The notes under the pieces are model-generated. The model searched no databases and was not told where the DNA came from. It saw only the letters and a program-made list of their open reading frames with translations. From the IMG/VR virus record IMGVR_UViG_3300043172_000883, positions 1-63,607 of that record: a stretch of 63,607 nucleotides of DNA, one strand, 5' to 3'. The position numbers were made by a program, and so were the translations under genes. This document shows, one piece after another, positions 49,484-59,296 of the stretch (the first letter of the stretch is position 1; each line of letters starts with the position of its first letter). Origin of the DNA: a virus. Its lineage: Duplodnaviria; Caudoviricetes.

Positions 49484-51223
49484 TCACCTATTAGCAGCTA
49501 CTATCCCCTCTTTTGGACAGAACAACGTTCCATCGGTCAACCACTGTTTAAGCATATCCTCCACATAATCAACATCGATATTGAATGTTTCAGCCATCTC
49601 AAATAATTTAGTCATGGGTGTAAGATCCTCCGCTGTAATACGCAAAACCTCATCACGATAACGTCTACGTATCTCCATATTGTCACCCTCTTTCTCTGGT
49701 TCCTCAAGCGGTGGATCCGCAAAATGCTCGCTTATATCTGAATTCCAGTTAGGATTAATATCATTTAGTTTACTGATGAATAATTCAAACCCACGATAGC
49801 CACGACTGCCTTTATAATTAAATCGCGATATTCGGTTCTTACCATAGAAACTGGTCAATCTCCGACCAATCACGTTAGGTGTGGCACGGTCCGCTTGGAA
49901 CTTAAATCTGAATGCCTCATATGCACGTCTTATTTCAGTGGTCGACACCTCGCCTTCTAGGTTCTCATAGGTGTATCGTTCGATGAATATACCCACGGGA
50001 TCCCTGAAGCTCTCTATAATGGATGCGGATCTATCACTAATACCTGTTTTCAATTCCTGGATCTTATCAATCAGATAAGATAATGATTCGATACACCAAT
50101 TGAATATACCACTCTTTTCTTGCTCCAGTCGATGGGCAAGACCCGTATCATCTTTGGATCCCACGAATTTATTAGGGCAACGTACTATGATAAATCTCCG
50201 TAGCTCACTGTCTTGCTGCAGATTGGGTAATTTGTTGGCAGTGATAACCACTTTGGCATCTATTATCGTTTCATATGGCCTCTGGAATTTGGGATTTACT
50301 GTTATGGGTTCTCCAACAATCAGCGTTTTGATTGCGCTTGTATCCGTCACTGTTTTATTACTCTCACTTGCATAGATGAATTCCTTACCAATCAAGCCTG
50401 CGGTCCCATGCTTATCATCAGCCATCTGATCAAGTCGCATACTGCTATAATTATTGAACATGTTCATCCAGGGTTGCATGATGGTTCCCTTACCATTGGC
50501 CCCATCTCCATAAAGAAACATACATGCTTGCCACTCGAAGAAATTATTGACAAAACTATATGCCATAAAATGCTTGAATAAGCGGCGATCAAGCTGATCT
50601 GGAACCACCTCTTTCAGAGCGGTCATATATTGTGGTGCTTTGGCTTCCTTATCATATTCCAAGTTGAGGCGGCTGGTAAAGCGATATGCACTGTTGAAAG
50701 GCAATAGATTAATAGATTTGGTAAACAGGTTATACTCAACCACTCCATTATTAACATTGAATAATATTATATCACCAACATCCAGCGATAACTTACGACT
50801 GAATGGTGCATAATCGTGATTATAATCCCTCATCTTTAGCATATCATCATAACATATCATCTTGTATTTGGCTACCATATCAGCGATATTCTTAGCACTG
50901 CACAATTTGATATAGTCAACCGTCTTGAGTAACATTATCACGTAATCTGTAATCCAACGATTATCAATATCTAGCTTCCAATACCCCTCAATATTATCAT
51001 AGAAAAGAAAACAATCTCGCTCGCTTATGAATTGGTGTGGATTGCCATCGCTGGTGATTAACTCAATCACTGTCTCACGCACCTCTGCTATACTTGGTGG
51101 TTTAATCCCAGATTTAACAATGATATTGTCAAGATTCATCTCCTTTGGCTCGAATGCTTTGCCCACCGCATCAGGGTTTGCATCCACCGCTTCTGTTATC
51201 TTGTCTAGTAAATCGTTGGTCAT
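49484..51223 (-). CDS. D5/P4-family SF3 helicase without primase domain; C-terminal MCM-like winged helix
   Basis: D5_N-like region, Walker A GDGANGKGT, ASE, ITAN, RRF; C-terminal VEDMLKQWLTDGTLFCPKEG. Confidence 0.88.
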   Translation of the reverse strand: MTNDLLDKITEAVDANPDAVGKAFEPKEMNLDNIIVKSGIKPPSIAEVRETVIELITSDGNPHQFISERDCFLFYDNIEGYWKLDIDNRWITDYVIMLLKTVDYIKLCSAKNIADMVAKYKMICYDDMLKMRDYNHDYAPFSRKLSLDVGDIILFNVNNGVVEYNLFTKSINLLPFNSAYRFTSRLNLEYDKEAKAPQYMTALKEVVPDQLDRRLFKHFMAYSFVNNFFEWQACMFLYGDGANGKGTIMQPWMNMFNNYSSMRLDQMADDKHGTAGLIGKEFIYASESNKTVTDTSAIKTLIVGEPITVNPKFQRPYETIIDAKVVITANKLPNLQQDSELRRFIIVRCPNKFVGSKDDTGLAHRLEQEKSGIFNWCIESLSYLIDKIQELKTGISDRSASIIESFRDPVGIFIERYTYENLEGEVSTTEIRRAYEAFRFKFQADRATPNVIGRRLTSFYGKNRISRFNYKGSRGYRGFELFISKLNDINPNWNSDISEHFADPPLEEPEKEGDNMEIRRRYRDEVLRITAEDLTPMTKLFEMAETFNIDVDYVEDMLKQWLTDGTLFCPKEGIVAANR

Positions 51224-51662
51224 TCGCTTACCTCTGTGAATATAATACCAGAGACAGCATTAAGTTTTATATTGCCATGTCTAGCCATGGCCCTGGCTGT
51301 TTCTATATCTAGATGTAGTGGATCCCCTCGGCTTATCATGGTTATTCTCACATCTTTATTCGATGTTGGAACTATTATAAAATCAGATTTAATAATCAAT
51401 CTTATTTTTGATTCATCAAACTTACTCAGCTCGTATTTAAAATTGAATAACTTCCACTCAAAAATTATCCCCTCATGCACTTCTTCGAAACAAATATTAC
51501 ACCATTCTTTTTCATGTTTGTGAACACAGAAGTCTGATACATTTTTGTAACTAAAACATTTCCTACAGAATTCATTTTCATAATCAAATAATTCATCCCT
51601 TGATTTTAGTCCACACCAAGTAGTACTGCTTGGTCTAGTGTAATGTGGCATTCCATGAAACT

Positions 51663-52436
51663 TCATTCAATCTTCTCCAGTGATTGATATTTTTTTCCTC
51701 TGAAATATTTACAACCTTTGATGCCTTTGCATTTATCCCCCTCATGGTCTCCGATGCATGGTTGAAGTACACCTGATTGTTTATAGAAAAATACAATTCC
51801 TAATTCTCTACATTTTTTAAGTATTGGATCCACCCATTCATATTCCATTTTAATCGGTTTCCTATGGGTTGGTCTATCTATTTTTGGTTGGTCAGATTCT
51901 CCACCCACAATTACAAGATCGATTCCTGTAAGATCGATCTCATCCATTGGTCCAAGTAAGGGTTCAAGTGATAGCCATTTTACTGCAGCACTTGTTTTTC
52001 TAAGAAGATTAATTCTACCATAATGTTTGGCAAGTTCAACCGATGTGCCAAACCAAATATTATCATGTAATTTTAGCATGCCTGATTTATCCATCTTCAA
52101 CATTCTACCTGGTCTTTTGGTTAGAATTTGGTATATGTGCTGAGGATGTTTATTAAATAGATTAAACATCTTTTGGATGAAATTATCAGATACGTCCTTA
52201 TTAAAAGTATCAGACATTGAATTAACAAATATTTTGTATGGTTTTTTCCAAGGAATTTCTAGACGATTTGGTAGTTCTTTAACCATATTGAATCCGTCTG
52301 TGTAATTGGGTTGTGTTGGGTTATGTAAATTCCTATTATGCATGGTCCGAGCATAGCACAGATCACAGCCTGCGGATACCTCTTTACATCCAATAACGAA
52401 ATTGCGGGATTTATCAGCCCATTCTACATTTGTCAT
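51663..52436 (-). CDS. DUF5131 (phage Gp37/Gp68) radical SAM-like protein
   Basis: GCKEVSAGCDLCYA, IFVNSMSD, YQILTKRP, LSLEPLL, IVGGES, FFYKQ. Confidence 0.9.
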   Translation of the reverse strand: MTNVEWADKSRNFVIGCKEVSAGCDLCYARTMHNRNLHNPTQPNYTDGFNMVKELPNRLEIPWKKPYKIFVNSMSDTFNKDVSDNFIQKMFNLFNKHPQHIYQILTKRPGRMLKMDKSGMLKLHDNIWFGTSVELAKHYGRINLLRKTSAAVKWLSLEPLLGPMDEIDLTGIDLVIVGGESDQPKIDRPTHRKPIKMEYEWVDPILKKCRELGIVFFYKQSGVLQPCIGDHEGDKCKGIKGCKYFRGKKYQSLEKIE

Positions 52437-52608
52437 TCCTCATCATCCTCCGCTATCCCTTTACTCATTACTTTTGGCCTCCTTCATATGAGTGGGTCTT
52501 GCTTTGCAATGTTTGGCATGTCCTCCTGCGGCTGATATTATTGTTTGATGAGATCCTGTTTTATCCCATGCTTCACAATATCTACAATATATGGTATATA
52601 GAAATTGA

Positions 52609-52998
52609 TCACCCATCACTTTCATCCTCCTCTGCGATACCTAATAGTATCATCAACCATCGATGCTCTTTGATATTCAGTTCTATCCAAGCGTTATGGC
52701 TTCCACAACCACGGCAATAGATGGCTGTCCCATGACCCTCCAGATCTGGAACTACTTTATCCTCAATTTCATATACAAAATCCTCAGCACATCCATTACA
52801 TTCCAAGTACCCACAGCTCAAACATAAGAAAGTCGGACTGTCACATTCACCACATCCCCATCCACAATGACCATTACATAACAGGAACCCTTTGATATTT
52901 GGGCGATGTTCACCGAGCGTATGCGGTATTACCTTTCTAACCTCTTCCAAATCCAAAACTATTGGATGTGGTGGTCCATTACATTCAGTGCAGATCAC
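52609..52998 (-). CDS. Cys-rich Zn-binding protein
   Basis: Multiple CxxC motifs. Confidence 0.6.
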   Translation of the reverse strand: MICTECNGPPHPIVLDLEEVRKVIPHTLGEHRPNIKGFLLCNGHCGWGCGECDSPTFLCLSCGYLECNGCAEDFVYEIEDKVVPDLEGHGTAIYCRGCGSHNAWIELNIKEHRWLMILLGIAEEDESDG

Positions 52999-53152
52999 TC
53001 GCTCTCCTCCTTCATCTTTTCAGTCAGCCTTCTCAACACATTTGAAGCGCCGAGCAATTTTAACAGTTCTTTCTCATCAACAGTTTCAGAAGAAATTTTT
53101 ATTAGTCTTTCATTCTCTTCATTTATCAGTTCAATAACTCTTTTAATTTTTA

Positions 53153-54094
53153 TCACTCGCTCTCAGCCTCCATACTCAGCACTATCTTGAACGGACCCTT
53201 TGTATAGGTAACGCTGCTTGTGGTCCACTCCACCTCATAATCACGCAGTTCGAGTTTGAATTCTACACACTCGAAAAGAACCGTTGGTTTTGATATGGGG
53301 CGTTCCGCAGCAATTATGTGTGTCATCGTCTCATTAATCAAGTCTTTATTGATGGGATCCTCCATGAGCAATTGGTAAAGGTCATCGTAGCTTGGACATC
53401 CACATTCCAACGGATGTGAGCCACATTTAGTACATGGTTTAGTTATCAACATCTTCTCGCCTTCTTTATGAGCATCGTAACAAGCAGTATTGCAATAGGA
53501 TCCACCAGAGGTCAGTTCCTTACCACACTGTAGACAATTCAAGGATCCCCCGCAAAGATGCTCACTAGCATCTTCTGGTATTTGTGCTCTCTCTGCAGCA
53601 GCATAATATTTAGGATCCACCACAAGTCGTGGATGCAACTCACAGAATCCACCATCCGCACAACTACACAATGGCGTGCATGTAAATTCCATTCCAGTAT
53701 CTCGGCAATCCTTACCACATTTGGGGCATATCTTAGTTGTGTATGGTCCTCCTTCAATCACCCGCTTTTCTGGTATTAATGGATTACTTTGCTCATCCCT
53801 GGGTTTAATGGCTCTATATGTGGGATCCCATGGGATTTTAATATCTCCAGCCATCACCTTATATTTAGAACAACTAAGGGCACATTCTGGGTATCCACCA
53901 CATTCCTCGCATGCATTTTTAACAACAGTTTCGTGGCTATGGTCCCTGGGAGGAAACACAGGCGTATTAGCATAAGTCTTTTTCTCGGTGACTCCCATTG
54001 CACGTTTCTCATTATCTATATTATACCATCCACATTTGCCACATTTAGCGGTGACTTTATCACCCAAATCATTTTCACAATTCATGCATTTCAT
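53153..54094 (-). CDS. Multi-Zn-finger protein
   Basis: At least five small Cys clusters. Confidence 0.65.
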   Translation of the reverse strand: MKCMNCENDLGDKVTAKCGKCGWYNIDNEKRAMGVTEKKTYANTPVFPPRDHSHETVVKNACEECGGYPECALSCSKYKVMAGDIKIPWDPTYRAIKPRDEQSNPLIPEKRVIEGGPYTTKICPKCGKDCRDTGMEFTCTPLCSCADGGFCELHPRLVVDPKYYAAAERAQIPEDASEHLCGGSLNCLQCGKELTSGGSYCNTACYDAHKEGEKMLITKPCTKCGSHPLECGCPSYDDLYQLLMEDPINKDLINETMTHIIAAERPISKPTVLFECVEFKLELRDYEVEWTTSSVTYTKGPFKIVLSMEAESE

Positions 54095-54293
54095 TGGATC
54101 TCGCTACCTCCATTAACAATCATTAATTGTTCACGTAGCGATAGGATTGTCCTATCTTTCGCTAGTATCAGCTTTTCTTGAGTGATGATAACCTCGGTTT
54201 TCAATTTATTCTCATTCTTAACTATTTCAAACTGTTTCTCTATTGTATCCATATCATTATTAAGGCCAGATATGGTATCGCAGTGCTCACACA

Positions 54294-54563
54294 TTATGAT
54301 ACCTCCAATCTTATCCTGAGACGTTCTAGTTTGATCTCTTCAAGGTCCTTTACCAATTCTTTAATATCAAATATTATCTCAAGCTGATCAAGCATGATTT
54401 TAACATCAGCGATTTCAGATGCCAAATCTCCTTTGGTTTCCCTACCACGAACTAGTTTAGCCAATATATTCTGTAATTCAGCCATTTCTTCAAAACACAT
54501 CATAATCTGTGCATCTTCACCCCATGAATCAATAGCCAGCGTTAATAATTCATCGCGTTCCAT
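54294..54563 (-). CDS. MazG-like nucleotide pyrophosphohydrolase
   Basis: EEMAEL...EIADVKIMLDQL. Confidence 0.82.
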   Translation of the reverse strand: MERDELLTLAIDSWGEDAQIMMCFEEMAELQNILAKLVRGRETKGDLASEIADVKIMLDQLEIIFDIKELVKDLEEIKLERLRIRLEVS

Positions 54564-54775
54564 TATGATTCCTCGCTCAGATCATCGGTGGTAAGGTCCT
54601 CTATCTTTCCACCAAGCAATCTAAAAGTCTCATCGATTGCGGTTCTTATTGCCCTGGTCTGGCTTTGCTCCAGTTTATCAGCTATATAGTCTAGCTTCCT
54701 GGTATCCATAGGACTAAGCGTTATACCTAGTCGCTTGCTTTTATCCACAGTTTCCATCTTGTTTTTACTTAACAT
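54563..54775 (-). CDS. Ribbon-helix-helix regulator; first gene of the leftward operon
   Basis: KRLGITLS...LDYIADKLEQSQTRAIRTAI; TTTAAATA upstream. Confidence 0.78.
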   Translation of the reverse strand: MLSKNKMETVDKSKRLGITLSPMDTRKLDYIADKLEQSQTRAIRTAIDETFRLLGGKIEDLTTDDLSEES

Positions 54776-54809
54776 CGGTAAAATTCAATTGCCAACCACA
54801 TTATTTAAA

Positions 54810-55700
54810 CTATGAATCGCGATAGAATTTCATCAGTCATTATTGTAGTAAAATTAACACTTATTTACAGATTTGGTGCATTGAAATACCCACAACAAGT
54901 GCACCGTATTTCCATATATTGGCGCTATTATCCATGGGCATACCACAATTAACCATAATACGCTAAGCATATTTACCGTATTTCGTTGTCACTAATTTAT
55001 ATGTGTTTGCCATATTATTCGTGTATCACTTGGCATATGGGTTGTAATATATTACATTGTCTACTAATACCACTGCATAATTCACAAAACTACAATATCT
55101 GGATTTACTCACCTTTTAGATATTGACAGAGTATTGACGCGTCAATATTGATACAACGCATTATGCGGATCCAAAATATTGCGAGGGTCGTACAAAAGTG
55201 TCTGGCTACGTCTAATACTGGCTAAATCTGAACTTAATTCCGTACGACCCTCGTAACAACGAATTATTGCTCTACATCATTTATATGTATAATGTGTGTA
55301 TGTTACTACTATACTATTATTCATAACTTAATTGTTTACTAAAATATATGGAATACGAGGGTCGTACCAATAGGAGAGCTTAATACCAGATAAACTTGCA
55401 ACTACGGACAAACAACGGATTCTCGACAATCCGCGACATTACGTTGTTTTTCGTACGAAAATAGCATGAATCCGTTGTCTAAAATACTATACTACTGTTG
55501 TAATTCATCATTTCCCATACAAAACTTAACAATATTCCATCAGTACCACTATCAGTAGTAAGTACTACCCGCAGTGGTACTAACAAAAGTAATACCCACA
55601 TCATACACACGTAATACTTATCACTATCCATACTCAAACGGTCATACCCTAATATGTATTACGGGTTCCCCTCGCTTGTCAATATCAAAGTTTTTAAACT
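54810..55700. other. Divergent intergenic region rich in palindromes; candidate replication origin or control region
   Basis: CGAGGGTCGTAC three times (one inverted), TATTGACGCGTCAATA, TTTTCGTACGAAAA, ACAACGGATTC/GAATCCGTTGT. Confidence 0.55.
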
Positions 55701-55720
55701 CTCTTGACGTAATTACTAGT

Positions 55721-57088
55721 ATGGTATTAGATGGTTCGAGCATTAACGAGGAAGTGACAAGAGCACGCATTATGGTGGAATATGACGGGCTGATGATCAA
55801 CAATTCATTTAAGCGTCATAAGAATGGAAGGGAACTATTCTACAAATGGCGACTCGACATCATAGGGAATGAGGAGCTTTCTTCCCTGCTTGGCGTTGGT
55901 GAACCAACGCTGCGCATGCTTCGAAAGCGGTTTAAGGACAACCGATCAAAGCACGACAAACTGCCTGATGCACTGGTGCGGACCCTCCAGACAAAGCGAT
56001 ATGAGGGGACCAAGGCGGCCAGGGATGAGATGATAAAAGCAGAATTTGAATTTGTGGGCGGTGCAATCGTGGATAACGAGAATGGTGGCATCGAGACGTC
56101 TATATATGATCTGCTCGGTCTGGACGAGAGTGCGGACCTTCACCGCGTGAGCCTGGTCGTGCACAAGAAAGTTACATTTGATATGGTAGGGCTGTTTAAT
56201 ATGGCCAGACAAAAAGCCATGATTTCAGATAGTGATAGAAAGAAACAGGAATGGGCCAAGATAGCACTAAAAGCTGGTGGTGAGATCCGCCCGTATATTA
56301 TGGATATAATCGATAGATACAGCTCGCTCCATGCAGATGTCGCAGGTGATATGATTGATGCCCAGGAAGAACAAGTTAAACGCCTTGTAGATTTGATGGT
56401 GCAAGAAAATCCTGCGATGCTACCGCAGATCATGGGGATCCTCGGAAATGCTGGAGGACCGCAACCTGATATTATCGGAGACATGATAACCAAGCCGATT
56501 CCTCCAGTGGAAGCACAGGATCCACAGGAAATGGAGATAAATCAGTGGGATCCACCAACCCCTATTTCCAATGGAACTACTATACAAAGTCGCGTTTATC
56601 TTGTCGGTGGATTCCCAGGCTCTGGTAAATCACAGTTTGCCGAGTACTTGAGTGAGGCCACCAACCTACCCATCATCACATACGATGGTGTTGAAGGTAA
56701 GGATGGCTATCGTGAGGTATGGCATGAGTTCATCGAGAATAAGGATGAGTGCATCCTGGATATGGTATTCAGTGATCCAAAGCAGAATAAGAAATTTTTA
56801 AGTCGAGTGGCCCATCCTGCGATAATCTACATTAAATCATCCTTTGAGGCTGCGGTCATCCGTAATAATGAGCGTGAGCGTACCCTGAGCATGGATAAGA
56901 TGAAACAATACTGGAGCAAGCCCCATCCATTCGTATCGATGAGTGGTGTGATGATCATCGATAATGATGGTGATAAGGATACACTGCGAGAGTTGGCCAG
57001 AAGCTTTGCTCGCGGTGATAGTGATGAGATATCGATGGTTAGTGATGATGTCATCGATGAAGGCCCACCATTTCGTGTGGAAATGTGA
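55721..57088 (+). CDS. Helical N-terminal domain (possible small terminase) fused to a P-loop kinase (AAA_33-like)
   Basis: TTTTAAAC ~25 nt before ATG 55721; YLVGGFPGSGKS, CILD, lid IRNNERER. Confidence 0.65.
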   Translation: MVLDGSSINEEVTRARIMVEYDGLMINNSFKRHKNGRELFYKWRLDIIGNEELSSLLGVGEPTLRMLRKRFKDNRSKHDKLPDALVRTLQTKRYEGTKAARDEMIKAEFEFVGGAIVDNENGGIETSIYDLLGLDESADLHRVSLVVHKKVTFDMVGLFNMARQKAMISDSDRKKQEWAKIALKAGGEIRPYIMDIIDRYSSLHADVAGDMIDAQEEQVKRLVDLMVQENPAMLPQIMGILGNAGGPQPDIIGDMITKPIPPVEAQDPQEMEINQWDPPTPISNGTTIQSRVYLVGGFPGSGKSQFAEYLSEATNLPIITYDGVEGKDGYREVWHEFIENKDECILDMVFSDPKQNKKFLSRVAHPAIIYIKSSFEAAVIRNNERERTLSMDKMKQYWSKPHPFVSMSGVMIIDNDGDKDTLRELARSFARGDSDEISMVSDDVIDEGPPFRVEM

Positions 57089-57704
57089 GCCATTACTTTT
57101 GCATTATATGACTGTCGCGATAGGCCAAGGCTTCCATTGCAAAATACTTGTTTTTTTTGCACTCTTCCATAGGATCCACAGGAAATAAGGGTATAAATTC
57201 TCCACTGGAAACGAAGGTTATTTGCGTATATCGTACTCTACAGGCAATGTAGGTTGAGCACCTCTATTTCATATGCAGCTCTCTGGGTGTATGTATTAAT
57301 GCACACATTATATGAGGGTATGTCCAATAGACTAATATTACACTATAACCTTATATACTTGAATTCTTGTCAGTTTAATTACATTAACTAATCATTTATC
57401 TATGTGTGCAATATAGCTTGTAATAGCTTAAGACTATCTGAAACGTAGTTCTACGTAGTTTCAGAGAGTTGCAAAGCAAGGCACTTTCAGAGGCACACAA
57501 TCACATATCATAGAACATGAGTAGAGGATCCCAGACATAGTTCCCTCCAGTGGAAGAGGAGGTGCACACCCCCCACCACCGTTTTTACGCGTGCAGATCA
57601 CCCAGAAACGCCCGATAGTAGGTGTTCAGTATTTGTGTAATTTTTGCATTTGATGTGTAGTATAGGGTAGCAATTTATATACGTTGTGTGGTATATAATG
57701 TTTA

Positions 57705-57944
57705 ATGTCTGAAGAACGATTGACCAAAGCCTTAGAATTATTAAACACAGGTAAAGTCTTGCCAATATACCAAGAATCGATGAAATTCCTGGTTCTAGGC
57801 GGCGAGAATTATCTTGTGGACTTAGAAACACAATATTGCCCGTGTCTTGATAGAGTTACTAGAGGAGTTTACTGTAAACATATCCTCGCTGCGATACTCA
57901 AGCGTAATCGTATAATAGTCGGGGAGATGGTAGAGAATGCCTGA
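57705..57944 (+). CDS. SWIM zinc-finger protein
   Basis: YCPCLD...YCKHILA; TATA at 57673. Confidence 0.85.
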   Translation: MSEERLTKALELLNTGKVLPIYQESMKFLVLGGENYLVDLETQYCPCLDRVTRGVYCKHILAAILKRNRIIVGEMVENA

Positions 57945-59080
57945 AAGGGGAATTAATTTTACGAAGATGTGTGAGAACCATTCTATTTTGACAGTTGAAG
58001 ATACGCATGATGGTAGAACGACAATGAAAGTTGAATTACATCTGACTGATGATGAAGTGAAGATACTGGCTACGCGAATGTTATCTGAAGGAGCATTGAG
58101 GATAGTGGTTAAATGATAAAGGCCAAGATCATTATAACTGGTTTTGATGATAGTGAGACTGTGGTGGAATTTACTGTGGAATGCCTAGAGATAATTTTGG
58201 GTGATAATCTAGAGGAGATTACATTGAAACAATGTAAGGTGGTCAAATGAGTAAAGATTGTTCACATCAAACACATTTCATAGATACTGTAACCACTATA
58301 AAAAAAATTGTGGTTAATTTCAATGCTATTAAAAAGGCAGGCCTTGAGAACGTGGAGCACATCAGTTCCGAGACCATGAGAGAATGCCTGGAGTGTGGGC
58401 ATACAGCTAAGGTGATTTTCAGATGAAAGACAAGAAGCTGAATGATTTCATTTGGACACGCAATTTTCTAATATTTGTATTGGTTATTGTGTTTATATGG
58501 GGCTTTGCTATCGGCTTCAGGGTTGGAAAGGCGATTGAATGAGTGATATTAGCGATCAAGTCAGTAATATAGCATCTGCTATTAAAAAAATTGCTGAAGA
58601 AGGATTTGAGGACTGTGATGAAAGAAGAGCAATTGTAGGCGGTTGTGATTTATTATTCATGCTCTCGTTCAAAATAAGGGTAGTGGTATCTGATGAGTGA
58701 AGAAGCGAAACAAATTCTAAATGATGAACTTGCATCGTCCATAGATAAAATGAAGTGTCCTGAATGTGAAGGATCAGTCATAATCTATAAAGAAGGAACC
58801 GATGTTTTTTTAGATTATGCACACAGTATCTATTGCGAAAATTGTAAAATGATATATTCACTCATGGCGTATCATATACTCACGGAGAATAAAAAGGAGG
58901 CCACGAGTGATGATTCGGCAAGACCTTTTCCGACTTATACATTTAAGTCTGGAAGAGATCCGATTATAGTTTTGGCATTTGGTGTGGTCTTCTATCTGAT
59001 ATTTATATTTATACTGGAGACGATTAAATGAGTGAATTCATAATTGGCCTTTTATTAGGATTTACTGTGGTTCTGGGCAT

Positions 59081-59296
59081 ATGTGGGTTTATAGCGTTGT
59101 TAATTGTATGGTTACTGGAGCGATGAAGATGAGTAAATTTAAAGTTTATAGGCAATTTCCGCTATGGAAATTTTGGAAGTTACTACGTTATTGGAAGATT
59201 AGGAGAGCAGTATACAAAATGGATACTGACAAATTCGATGATAAAATGGATGATTTACTCATGGATCTGCTCATTTATGGAGATGCAACGATATGA
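59081..59296 (+). CDS. Small basic/aromatic protein with a portal-like peptide; start probably ~59122-59129
   Basis: WKFWKLLRYWKIRR followed by DDLLMDLLIYGDA. Confidence 0.5.
   Translation: MWVYSVVNCMVTGAMKMSKFKVYRQFPLWKFWKLLRYWKIRRAVYKMDTDKFDDKMDDLLMDLLIYGDATI

Noticed and set aside
55574-55720. N-terminal extension of ORF 55574-57088
   Set aside because: A TATA box at ~55692 and ATG at 55721 point to a later leaderless start
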